A DNA stretch of 64,000 nucleotides, from NCBI GenBank assembly GCA_943372605.1, contig CALRZI010000015.1, positions 2,432 to 66,431 of the forward strand. The letters run 5' to 3'. Below the pieces are notes generated by a model. The model was not told the origin of the DNA. It worked only from the letters and a program-made list of their open reading frames with translations, and searched no databases. The DNA is from Chitinophaga pinensis. Lineage in GTDB: Bacteria > Bacteroidota > Bacteroidia > Chitinophagales > Chitinophagaceae. Positions within the stretch are counted from its first letter, which is position 1, and each line of letters begins with the position of its first letter. This document shows positions 38,335 through 48,067 of the stretch, piece after piece. The translations under genes were made by a program, and so were the position numbers.

Positions 38335-41300
38335 ATGCTTGTTTCAAAAAACAGCCAGGGTTTGTATGACCCGAGCTTTGAACATGATGCATGTGGCATT
38401 GGGTTCGTAGCAAATATCAAGGGTAGTAAATCACATCAGCACATAACAGATGCGTTAACCGTGCTCGAAAACATGGAACACCGCGGCGCCTGTGGCTGCG
38501 AAAGCAATACCGGCGATGGCGCGGGTATCATGATACAGGTTCCACATGAGTTTTTCTTTGACGAATGCATAAAACAAGGCGTTCACCTCCCCTCCTTTGG
38601 AAAGTACGGCGTTGGCGTCATCTTTTTTCCCAAAGAATTAAGACTCCGTGAAGAATGTCGCGACATTTTCAATCGCTCCGCAGAAAAACTGGGTCTTGAA
38701 ATTCTGTGTTATAGAAAAGTTCCCGTAAACACATATGATATCGGCAAAACAGCACTCTCCGTTGAGCCTGTAATGGAACAGGTTTTTATTGCCTGCCCCG
38801 ATCATATTACCCAGCCCGATGAATTTGAAAGAAAATTATTTGTGTTGCGCAATTATGCATCGCATACGATTAATAATACCGTAAAGAAAGATGAGATCGG
38901 CTTTTACCTTGCATCCCTTTCTTATAAAACCATCGTCTACAAAGGTCAACTCACCAGCACACAGGTAAGAGGATATTTCCCCGATCTGAGCGATAAAAGA
39001 GTTGTATCTGCATTCGGATTGGTGCATTCCCGTTTTGCCACCAACACTTTTCCTTCCTGGAAACTGGCACAACCCTTCCGCTATATCGCACACAACGGCG
39101 AGATCAATACACTACAAGGCAACCTCAACTGGTTACGCACCAGTGAAAAAGGCTTCACTTCTCCTTTCTTCAGCAAAGAAGAAATGGAAATGCTGTTACC
39201 AATCGTCACCAACGGTCAATCCGATTCTGCCTGTCTCGATAACATGATTGAACTGCTTACACTTACAGGCCGTTCATTACCACATGTAATGATGATGCTG
39301 ATTCCGGAAGCCTGGGATGGTAACGAAGACATGGACGCTGTTAAAAAAGCATTTTACGAATACCATGCCTGTATGATGGAACCCTGGGACGGCCCCGCTT
39401 CTATTTCTTTTACAGATGGAAAAATAATTGGTGCCACACTCGACAGAAATGGTCTTCGTCCATCGCGTTATTGTGTAACAGAAGACGATCGGGTAATCAT
39501 GGCATCTGAAACGGGTGTATTACCCATTGATCCGGCCATCATCAAAGAAAAAGGAAGATTACAGCCGGGCAAAATGTTTGTGGTAGATATGGAACAGGGA
39601 CGCATCATCAGCGATGAAGAACTGAAGCAACAGATCTGCTCACAGAAACCTTATGCCGAATGGCTGAATAAATATAAAATCAGACTCGAAGAATTACCCG
39701 AACCCCGTGTCATGTTCACACACCTCGAACACGACCAGGTATTCAAATACCAGAAAGCATTTGGCTATTCAACAGAAGATTTAGATACCATTATTGCCCC
39801 AATGGCATTAGATGGAAAAGAGCCCATTGGCTCCATGGGCACAGATACACCACTGGCTGTTCTCAGCGATCAGCCCCAGCACCTGAGCAGTTATTTCAAA
39901 CAATTGTTTGCACAGGTAACCAATCCACCCATAGATCCTATTCGGGAACGCATGGTAATGTCGCTGGCAACGTTTGCAGGAAGCAATGGTAATTTGTTAG
40001 TGGAAGACCCATTGGCTTGTCATAGTGTAGCGTTGAAACAACCTGTACTCACCAATCATGAGCTGGAAAAAATTCGCAGTATCGATACCGGTATTTTTCA
40101 GGCCAAAACACTGCAAACTTATTTCCGTTCCGATGGAAAACCAGGTTCTTTGAAAGCAGGTCTCGACAGGCTTTGCAGATATGCTGTTGATGCGGTGGAA
40201 GATGGATTTGAAGTCATCATTTTAACCGACCGTGCCATTGATTCTGATCATGCACCCATGCCATCTTTATTAGCTACTGCTGCGGTACATCATCACCTCA
40301 TCAGAAAAGGTTATCGCGGACAGGTAGGTATTATTGTGGAAGCAGGAGACGTTTGGGAAGTACACCATTTTGCCTGTCTTATTGCATTTGGCGCAACAGC
40401 CATCAATCCATACCTCGCTTTATCATCCATCCGCGATATGAAGCTGAGCAATAAACTGAAAACAGAACTGGATGCTGATTACCTGAAAAAGAATTACATC
40501 AAAGCGGTGAATGAAGGTTTGTTGAAAGTGTTTTCAAAAATGGGTATCTCTACTTTACAATCATACCAGGGTGCACAGATATTTGAAATCATTGGATTAA
40601 ACAAAAAAGTAGTGGATATTTATTTCACCGGTGCTACTTCAAGAATTGAGGGCATGGGGCTTGATGAAATTGCAAAAGAAACTTTAGCCAAACATTATTT
40701 TGCTTTTGGCAAAAAAGATATTCCTGTTGATCGTTTACCAGTTGGCGGCGTGTACCAATGGAAAAGAAAAGGAGAATTCCATCTTTTTAATCCACAGACC
40801 ATTCATTTGTTACAACACGCTACCAAAACAAAAGACTACAACGCTTTCAAAAAATATTCAAAACTCATCAACGACCAGTCTGAAAAAGCCTGCACTTTGC
40901 GGAGCCTGTTTCAGTTCAAAAGAAACCGGCCATCTATTTCCATTGATGAGGTAGAACCGGCAGAAGCCATCTATAAAAGATTTGCCACCGGTGCTATGTC
41001 TTTCGGCTCTATTTCATGGGAAGCACATACCACACTGGCCATTGCCATGAACAGACTGGGTGGCAAAAGCAATACAGGAGAAGGTGGTGAAGATGAAATA
41101 AGATACACCCCATTAGCCAATGGCGATTCTATGCGCTCTTCCATTAAACAGGTTGCTTCTGCAAGATTTGGCGTTACCAGCTTATACCTCACCGAAGCAG
41201 ATGAGTTACAAATTAAAATGGCGCAGGGTGCCAAACCTGGCGAAGGCGGACAATTACCCGGACATAAAGTAGATGAGTGGATCGGTAAAACAAGACACGC

Positions 41301-42855
41301 CACACCCGGTGTTGGACTCATTTCTCCACCACCACACCACGATATTTATTCCATTGAAGATTTGGCACAACTGATCTTCGATTTAAAAAATGCCAACCGT
41401 GCAGCACGTATCAATGTAAAACTGGTATCGAAAGCTGGTGTTGGAACCATTGCCGCAGGTGTTGCCAAAGCAAAGGCAGATGTGGTATTAATATCTGGTC
41501 ACGATGGCGGCACAGGCGCCTCTCCCATCAGTTCCATTAAACATGCAGGCTTACCGTGGGAACTCGGATTGGCAGAAACACACCAGACACTTGTAAAAAA
41601 TAAACTGAGGAGCCGTATCGTAGTTCAGGCCGATGGACAAATGAAAACAGGTCGCGATATTGCCATTGCTACTTTACTTGGCGCTGAAGAATGGGGTGTT
41701 GCAACGGCCGCGTTGATTGTAGAAGGATGTATCATGATGCGCAAATGTCATTTGAATACTTGTCCCGTAGGTGTTGCCACCCAGGATCCTGAATTGAGAA
41801 AAAGATTTGCAGGTGATCCTGATCATGTGGTTAACTTTTTCAAATTCATTACACAGGAGCTGAGAGAAATTATGGCTGAGCTCGGTTACAGAACCATTCA
41901 CGAAATGATTGGACAGGTAGATGCGTTGGAAATGAGAGACAATATTTCACACTGGAAATATGAAAAACTAGACCTCTCTGCCGTTTTATATAAAGAACCT
42001 GAATCGTTATACACCGGATTATACAAACAGGAGGAACAGGATCATGGATTAAACGATGTGCTTGACTGGAAACTGTTACAGGCAGCAGCACCTGCACTGG
42101 AAAGAAAAGAACGCATAAGCGCTTCACTCCCTATTAAAAATACAGATAGAACAGCAGGCACTATCCTGTCGAATGAAATCACGAAACGCTATCGTGCAGA
42201 AGGATTACCGGACGACACCATCCATTTCAATTTTACAGGAACTGCCGGACAAAGTTTTGGAGCTTTCAACACAAAAGGTGTTACACTGGAACTGGAAGGC
42301 GATGCCAATGATTATTTCGGTAAAGGATTGAGCGGGGCAAGACTGATTGTGTATCCACATAAGCAGGCCAGTTTTATTCCGGAAGAAAATATCATCATTG
42401 GCAATGTGGCATTGTATGGTGCCACATCGGGCGAAGCATTTATCAGGGGAAAAGCAGGTGAACGTTTTGCGGTAAGAAACTCTGGTGCCAATGTAGTAGT
42501 TGAAGGAGTGGGCGATCATGGCTGTGAATACATGACCGGCGGAAGAGCCATTATACTTGGCGATACCGGTAGAAATTTTGCGGCAGGCATGAGTGGCGGT
42601 ATCGCCTATATCTACAATGTAAGTGGATTATTTACAGAAAGATGCAATAAAGAAATGGTGGAACTCGATCCGCTTGAAGCGAGCGATGCCAGTTTTCTTC
42701 ACGACATGATCACCAAGCACTATGCTTATACAGCAAGCACCGTGGCGAAATTCATTCTGGATGATTTCGAAAACCAGACAAAGAATTTTATCAAAGTGTT
42801 CCCGAGTGATTATAAAAAAGTATTAAAACAGAAAGAGCAAATGGCTTATAGCTAA
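38335..42855 (+). CDS. gltB: Glutamate synthase large subunit
   Basis: HDACGIG N-terminal Cys, [40 protein letters not shown] Fe-S motif, C-terminal GXGXG region. Confidence 0.97.
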   Translation: MLVSKNSQGLYDPSFEHDACGIGFVANIKGSKSHQHITDALTVLENMEHRGACGCESNTGDGAGIMIQVPHEFFFDECIKQGVHLPSFGKYGVGVIFFPKELRLREECRDIFNRSAEKLGLEILCYRKVPVNTYDIGKTALSVEPVMEQVFIACPDHITQPDEFERKLFVLRNYASHTINNTVKKDEIGFYLASLSYKTIVYKGQLTSTQVRGYFPDLSDKRVVSAFGLVHSRFATNTFPSWKLAQPFRYIAHNGEINTLQGNLNWLRTSEKGFTSPFFSKEEMEMLLPIVTNGQSDSACLDNMIELLTLTGRSLPHVMMMLIPEAWDGNEDMDAVKKAFYEYHACMMEPWDGPASISFTDGKIIGATLDRNGLRPSRYCVTEDDRVIMASETGVLPIDPAIIKEKGRLQPGKMFVVDMEQGRIISDEELKQQICSQKPYAEWLNKYKIRLEELPEPRVMFTHLEHDQVFKYQKAFGYSTEDLDTIIAPMALDGKEPIGSMGTDTPLAVLSDQPQHLSSYFKQLFAQVTNPPIDPIRERMVMSLATFAGSNGNLLVEDPLACHSVALKQPVLTNHELEKIRSIDTGIFQAKTLQTYFRSDGKPGSLKAGLDRLCRYAVDAVEDGFEVIILTDRAIDSDHAPMPSLLATAAVHHHLIRKGYRGQVGIIVEAGDVWEVHHFACLIAFGATAINPYLALSSIRDMKLSNKLKTELDADYLKKNYIKAVNEGLLKVFSKMGISTLQSYQGAQIFEIIGLNKKVVDIYFTGATSRIEGMGLDEIAKETLAKHYFAFGKKDIPVDRLPVGGVYQWKRKGEFHLFNPQTIHLLQHATKTKDYNAFKKYSKLINDQSEKACTLRSLFQFKRNRPSISIDEVEPAEAIYKRFATGAMSFGSISWEAHTTLAIAMNRLGGKSNTGEGGEDEIRYTPLANGDSMRSSIKQVASARFGVTSLYLTEADELQIKMAQGAKPGEGGQLPGHKVDEWIGKTRHATPGVGLISPPPHHDIYSIEDLAQLIFDLKNANRAARINVKLVSKAGVGTIAAGVAKAKADVVLISGHDGGTGASPISSIKHAGLPWELGLAETHQTLVKNKLRSRIVVQADGQMKTGRDIAIATLLGAEEWGVATAALIVEGCIMMRKCHLNTCPVGVATQDPELRKRFAGDPDHVVNFFKFITQELREIMAELGYRTIHEMIGQVDALEMRDNISHWKYEKLDLSAVLYKEPESLYTGLYKQEEQDHGLNDVLDWKLLQAAAPALERKERISASLPIKNTDRTAGTILSNEITKRYRAEGLPDDTIHFNFTGTAGQSFGAFNTKGVTLELEGDANDYFGKGLSGARLIVYPHKQASFIPEENIIIGNVALYGATSGEAFIRGKAGERFAVRNSGANVVVEGVGDHGCEYMTGGRAIILGDTGRNFAAGMSGGIAYIYNVSGLFTERCNKEMVELDPLEASDASFLHDMITKHYAYTASTVAKFILDDFENQTKNFIKVFPSDYKKVLKQKEQMAYS

Positions 42856-42875
42856 TGGCTATTAGCTATAAGCCA
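42842..42875. other. Perfect 15-bp inverted repeat overlapping the gltB stop codon
   Basis: TGGCTTATAGCTAAT-GGCT-ATTAGCTATAAGCCA. Confidence 0.85.
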
Positions 42876-42908
42876 AACAACATTGCGTATCAATAAAACA
42901 ATTTGTTT

Positions 42909-44381
42909 ATGGGTAAGCCAACAGGATTTCTAGAATTCACACGCAGTCTTCCCGGAAAAAGAAAACCAGAAGAGCGTATTAAAGATTATAAAGAATTTGT
43001 GGATCGTCTGCCAGACGAAACCCTTAACCAGCAGGCCGCACGTTGCATGAACTGCGGCGTACCGTTTTGTCATAACGGATGTCCTTTAGGCAATATCATT
43101 CCCGAATTCAATGATGCGGTTTATCGCCAGAACTGGGAAGAAGCCTATGAACTCTTGAGTGCTACCAATAATTTTCCGGAATTCACCGGAAGAATCTGTC
43201 CAGCTCCCTGCGAAAGTGCCTGTGTGCTGGGTATTAATCAACCTCCTGTTACCATTGAAGAAATAGAGAAACATATTATTGAGATTGCATTCGACAAGGG
43301 TTTTGTTCAACCCCGTGTTCCCAATCTGCGCACCGGTAAAAAAATTGCAGTAGTGGGTTCAGGTCCGGCTGGTTTAGCTGCTGCTGCACAATTGAATTAT
43401 GCAGGACACCATGTAACCGTTTTCGAGCGAGATGCATTCCCCGGCGGTCTGTTACGTTATGGCATCCCCGATTTTAAACTGGAGAAATGGGTGGTAGAAA
43501 GAAGGGTGCAGTTGATGGAAAAAGAAGGTGTTGCTTTTAAATGCAATGCCAATGTGGGTGTAAATGTGAGTATTAATGATCTGCTAAGGGAGTTCCAGGC
43601 AATTGTACTGGCGGGAGGTTCTACCGTTCCGCGCAATCTGGATATACCGGGACGAATATTAAGCGGTGTTCATTTTGCAATGGATTTTTTAAAGCAGCAA
43701 AACCAACGTGTTTCAAATGAACCCGTAACTACAACAGATATTTTTGCAACAGCCAAAAATGTGGTAGTTATTGGCGGTGGCGATACGGGAAGTGATTGTG
43801 TGGGCACTTCTAACAGACAGGGCGCTTTTTCTGTAACACAACTGGAATTATTACCCAAACCACCTGAGCAACGCACCAGCCAGATGCCCTGGCCCACTTA
43901 TCCTATGACACTCAAAACCACTTCTTCTCATGAAGAAGGTGCCAACAGAGAATGGGCGGTAGCCACCAAAGCCTTTCTGGGCGATGAACAGGGATATCTT
44001 AAAGCCTTGCAGATTGTTGACCTGCAATGGAGAGCTTCTACTGATAATAAACCAGCAGGTTTTGAAGAGATAGCTGGCTCCGAAAGAGAAATACCCTGCG
44101 AACTTGCTTTGCTGGCCATGGGATTTGTACATCCTCAACACGATGGACTTATTAATGAATTGGGCGTGGAGCTTGATGAAAGAGGCAATGTAAGAGCCGA
44201 TGAGAAGAAGTTCCAGACCAATATCCCGAAAATATTTACTGCGGGCGATATGCGCCGTGGTCAATCGCTGGTAGTTTGGGCGATTAGTGAGGGAAGAGAA
44301 TGCGCCAGAAAAGTAGATCAGTACCTGATGGGGGCATCTGTACTTGAATCAAAGGACCAAAGCTATCTTTTAAATACATAA
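42909..44381 (+). CDS. gltD: Glutamate synthase small subunit
   Basis: MGKPTGF, RCMNCGVPFCH.GC, GRICPAPCE, GSGPAGL, GGGDTGSDC, GDMRRGQSLVVWAI. Confidence 0.96.
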   Translation: MGKPTGFLEFTRSLPGKRKPEERIKDYKEFVDRLPDETLNQQAARCMNCGVPFCHNGCPLGNIIPEFNDAVYRQNWEEAYELLSATNNFPEFTGRICPAPCESACVLGINQPPVTIEEIEKHIIEIAFDKGFVQPRVPNLRTGKKIAVVGSGPAGLAAAAQLNYAGHHVTVFERDAFPGGLLRYGIPDFKLEKWVVERRVQLMEKEGVAFKCNANVGVNVSINDLLREFQAIVLAGGSTVPRNLDIPGRILSGVHFAMDFLKQQNQRVSNEPVTTTDIFATAKNVVVIGGGDTGSDCVGTSNRQGAFSVTQLELLPKPPEQRTSQMPWPTYPMTLKTTSSHEEGANREWAVATKAFLGDEQGYLKALQIVDLQWRASTDNKPAGFEEIAGSEREIPCELALLAMGFVHPQHDGLINELGVELDERGNVRADEKKFQTNIPKIFTAGDMRRGQSLVVWAISEGRECARKVDQYLMGASVLESKDQSYLLNT

Positions 44382-44406
44382 TTATTTTTACTATTTATTA
44401 TTATCA

Positions 44407-44436
44407 AAAGCCTGTTCCTTTGTTGGAACAGGCTTT
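44407..44436 (+). terminator. Intrinsic terminator of gltBD
   Basis: AAAGCCTGTTCC-TTTGTT-GGAACAGGCTTT. Confidence 0.75.
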
Positions 44437-44611
44437 ATTGTTTTATAAATCAACTACTTATATCTATTTTAGCACATTTATTTCAAGTTAATAATTTAAA
44501 TTAAAAAATATAAAATGTTAATAATTTAGAAAGATTTAATAAAATATTTTAGTATTATTGAATAATAAATATTTATTAAAATATTTTGTAACATTAACCA
44601 AAAACCCAAGC

Positions 44612-46000
44612 ATGAAAAAATTGACCTTCCAGCAGGCAGCCCCTTTTGTTGCTTTGCTAGCAGTTGCGGTTGCTGCTCTTTTTGTTCCCTCCCTCCCCAA
44701 TTTTGCCGATGAAGCAGGCGCTTACAGTGCTGCTGATATTACCTGGATTCTTATTGCCACTGCCCTGGTATTTTTAATGACTCCCGGACTGGCTTTCTTT
44801 TATGGCGGCATGGTGCATCGCAAAAATGTAATCTCTACCATGATCAAAAGTGTGGTAGCAACAGGTGTAGTAAGCATTCTCTGGGTTTTTGTTGGTTACA
44901 GCCTTTGTTTTGGCGAATCGATTGGCGGGTTTATCGGCAATCCCACCACGCACCTGTTCTTTAAAGGCATTAACTCAGGCGCTCCATGGAGTCTGGCCCC
45001 AACCATTCCCATTACCCTATTCGCGCTTTTCCAATTAATGTTTGCCATCATTACACCCGGATTAGTGGTAGGTGCAGTTGCAGAGCGTATCAAATTCACT
45101 TCTTATATTCTTTTTATAGCACTCTTCAGTTTATTGGTATATGCGCCAATAGCGCACTGGACCTGGCATCCAGAGGGTTTTCTGTTTAAAATGGGCGCTC
45201 TTGACTTTGCAGGCGGTACAGTAGTTCATATTTCGGCAGGCTGTGCAGCCTTAGCCGGTGCACTGGTTTTAAAACGCAGACAGACACATATGGAGCAAAA
45301 GGAAATTCCACCCGCTAACCTACCATATGTACTTATCGGCACTGGCTTACTCTGGTTTGGCTGGTTTGGTTTCAACGCTGGATCTGCCGTTGGTGCCGGC
45401 TCTTTAGCCGTTTCTGCTTTTGCCACTACCAATACCGCTGCTGCAGCCGCAGGCTTATCATGGATGTTTTTTGATGTACTCAGAGGCAAAAAACCATCTG
45501 TATTAGGATTCTGTATTGGTGCTGTTGTTGGTCTCGTTGCCATTACACCCGCCGCAGGTTTTGTGGCCATACCACAATCTATTTTCGTTGGCGTTATTGC
45601 GGCCATCGTTTCCAATATTGCCGTGTACTACAAATCAAAATCAAAACTGGATGATACGCTTGATGTATTCCCCTGTCATGGTATCGGTGGTATGGTAGGC
45701 ATGTTACTGACGGGTATTTTTGCTACCAAAACCGTTAACAGCGCTGGAGCCGATGGCCTCTTTTATGGTAATGCCACTTTCTTCTTTACACAGCTAAAAG
45801 CACTGGGCATAGTAGTAGCATACAGTTTCGTGGTTTCTTTTGGCATCTTCAAATTCATCAATTTCATTTTGCCAATGCGTGTAAGCTCTGAAGACGAATT
45901 GCTAGGTCTGGATGCCACCCAGCACAATGAAAAATATGTTCAGGGTACTTTACTGGTAGAAAACAATGGCATACTAAAAGAAAGCGCCATCGCTGAATAA
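44612..46000 (+). CDS. amtB: Ammonium transporter
   Basis: MTPGLAFFYGG, FQLMFAIIT, DFAGGTVVH, LWFGWFGFNAGS, DDTLDVF..HG twin-His motifs; ATG 44612. Confidence 0.95.
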   Translation: MKKLTFQQAAPFVALLAVAVAALFVPSLPNFADEAGAYSAADITWILIATALVFLMTPGLAFFYGGMVHRKNVISTMIKSVVATGVVSILWVFVGYSLCFGESIGGFIGNPTTHLFFKGINSGAPWSLAPTIPITLFALFQLMFAIITPGLVVGAVAERIKFTSYILFIALFSLLVYAPIAHWTWHPEGFLFKMGALDFAGGTVVHISAGCAALAGALVLKRRQTHMEQKEIPPANLPYVLIGTGLLWFGWFGFNAGSAVGAGSLAVSAFATTNTAAAAAGLSWMFFDVLRGKKPSVLGFCIGAVVGLVAITPAAGFVAIPQSIFVGVIAAIVSNIAVYYKSKSKLDDTLDVFPCHGIGGMVGMLLTGIFATKTVNSAGADGLFYGNATFFFTQLKALGIVVAYSFVVSFGIFKFINFILPMRVSSEDELLGLDATQHNEKYVQGTLLVENNGILKESAIAE

Positions 46001-46003
46001 TAG

Positions 46004-46086
46004 TTTAAGAAACAAGGTTCAAGGATACAGGGATCAAGGTTATTGCTGTCTCCTTGTTTCTTGATCCTTGTTTCTTATTCCTTATT
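46004..46086. repeat. Inverted pair of AACAAGG/AATAAGG-family heptamer arrays
   Basis: Purine-rich units at 46004-46039 after the amt stop; complementary CCTTGTT/TCTTATT units at 46052-46086. Confidence 0.8.
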
Positions 46087-46190
46087 TCCTTTTCCATGTT
46101 TCGCATTAAAAAAATAAGGTACAGCCATATGATATACCTCTGACCAGGTTTACCGGCTGTACCTATTTGTTAATCATAAAACCTTCTGCA

Positions 46191-47219
46191 ATGTTAAAGA
46201 AAATTTCCACCCTTTCATGCCTGCTATTCAGCTTTCTTTTACTGAATGCACAATCAGATTCTACAAAAAAATCTACTACTACATTCTCCGGATCAGTAGA
46301 TGCCTATTACCGTTACGGATTTTCTGATGCCCCTGGCAAAACCAACAATTTCACCAGTTTTACCAATTCCCAGAACTCTTTCGAACTGGGTATGGCTTCT
46401 TTTAAAGTTGATCATACCATTGGTAAAGTTACAGCTACTGCTGATATTGGTTTTGGTCGCAGGGCACAGGAGTTCTCCTACAATGATGCCGGCTCGCTCG
46501 CAGCCGTAAAGCAGATGTACCTTACCTATGCTGCTTCCGACAAAGTAAAATTCACCATGGGTAAATGGGCCACCCATGTGGGATACGAACTGGTAGATGC
46601 TCCAGCCAACAGAAACTACAGTATGTCGTATGGATTTTCTTATGGTCCTTTCTTTCATACAGGTATCAAAGCCGATATTTCACTGGGTGGTAAAAGTGCT
46701 ATGATGGTGGGTGTTTCAAATCCTACTGATTATTCCACCACTACCTCATCCGCCAAATTCTTCCTGGCACAGTTCAGCACAGCCACTAATAACGATAAGG
46801 TAAAAGCCTACCTTAATTTTCAGGGCGGCTCTGGCATTACGCAGTATAACCTGGTGGTTACAGGCGCACTGGCCGACAAATGGGGCATTAGTTATGATGG
46901 TAGTCTCCAATCTTACAAAACAGGTGGCAGTTCATCAAGTTGGAAGAGTCATGCCCTGTATTTAAATTATGATCCAACTTCATCCGTTGGTTTTACCCTG
47001 AGACAGGATTATTTCGATGATCGCGCGTTAACTCCCATTGGAGTGGGTGGTAAAATGTTTGCCACCACCCTGTCGGCCAACCTGAAAGCCGATAACCTGA
47101 CCATTATTCCCGAATTCAGGATCGACAACTCTCAACAGGAAGTATTTTTTAAAGGAGCTTCTTCTACTGGTACAAAAAGTTCTGCTGCATTTATACTGGC
47201 AGCCGTTTATAAGTTTTAA
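46191..47219 (+). CDS. Outer-membrane beta-barrel porin (BBP2/DUF3138-like)
   Basis: Signal peptide; VDAYY, GKWATHVGYE, NYSMSY.FSYGPFFHTG, IPEFRID motifs; terminal aromatic F. Confidence 0.75.
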   Translation: MLKKISTLSCLLFSFLLLNAQSDSTKKSTTTFSGSVDAYYRYGFSDAPGKTNNFTSFTNSQNSFELGMASFKVDHTIGKVTATADIGFGRRAQEFSYNDAGSLAAVKQMYLTYAASDKVKFTMGKWATHVGYELVDAPANRNYSMSYGFSYGPFFHTGIKADISLGGKSAMMVGVSNPTDYSTTTSSAKFFLAQFSTATNNDKVKAYLNFQGGSGITQYNLVVTGALADKWGISYDGSLQSYKTGGSSSSWKSHALYLNYDPTSSVGFTLRQDYFDDRALTPIGVGGKMFATTLSANLKADNLTIIPEFRIDNSQQEVFFKGASSTGTKSSAAFILAAVYKF

Positions 47220-47249
47220 TGGTTTGAATAATAGCACACATGAGAAAAT

Positions 47250-47285
47250 AAAAGCTGGTCAGCCTGAGGCTGATCGGCTTTTTTC
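47250..47285 (+). terminator. Intrinsic terminator after the porin
   Basis: AAAAGCTGGTCAGCC-TGA-GGCTGATCGGCTTTTT. Confidence 0.75.
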
Positions 47286-47299
47286 TTTAAGTTCGGCTT

Positions 47300-48058
47300 A
47301 TGAATCCTTTGCTAAAAGTGTTTCAACTATTGTATTGCGTTTATGCTTTTATACTATTTGTGCTGATCATGCTGATCGTTTTTCCTTTTGTATTACTGGC
47401 ACTGGCATTCGGAAAACTTACCGGAGGTAACCTTATTTATAAACTCTGTATGTTTTGGGCACAGAGCTGGTATTGGCTTATTGGTATCAGGCACCAGGAA
47501 ATTTTCGAATCACCTCACGATAGTACCCGTCAATATATTTTCGTAGCCAACCATATTTCTTATATGGATATTCCTCCATTGGTATTGATTGCCCATCAAC
47601 CCATCCGTATACTGGGCAAATATGAAATGGTAAAAATTCCAGTGTTTGGCTGGATATATCGTGCTGCAGTTGTTTTGGTCGACAGGAGAAATGCAGAAAC
47701 GAGGTCAAAAAGTGTACGCGCCCTTAAAGCTGCACTCAGGCATGGTATTTCCATCTTTATTTTCCCGGAAGGAACTTTCAACACGGGGCCTACTCCTCTC
47801 AAAGATTTTTTTGATGGTGCATTCCGTATTGCTATTGAAACCGAAACGCCCATTAAACCTGTTTTACTGGTAGACACACTTGAGCGTCTGCATTACAACA
47901 GTATATTTTCATTAACACCCGGAAAAAACAGGGTGATTTACCTGGAGGAAGTGCCTGTTGAAGGACTAACGTCTAAAGATATTCCTGCACTCAAACAACA
48001 GGTGTACGACATCATGGATGCAGGGTTGCGACGTTATCGCAATTATTCCGTGGTGTAA
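47300..48058 (+). CDS. Lysophospholipid acyltransferase (PlsC family)
   Basis: NHISYMD (HX4D) and IFPEGT motifs. Confidence 0.88.
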   Translation: MNPLLKVFQLLYCVYAFILFVLIMLIVFPFVLLALAFGKLTGGNLIYKLCMFWAQSWYWLIGIRHQEIFESPHDSTRQYIFVANHISYMDIPPLVLIAHQPIRILGKYEMVKIPVFGWIYRAAVVLVDRRNAETRSKSVRALKAALRHGISIFIFPEGTFNTGPTPLKDFFDGAFRIAIETETPIKPVLLVDTLERLHYNSIFSLTPGKNRVIYLEEVPVEGLTSKDIPALKQQVYDIMDAGLRRYRNYSVV

Positions 48059-48067
48059 GTCTTATTT

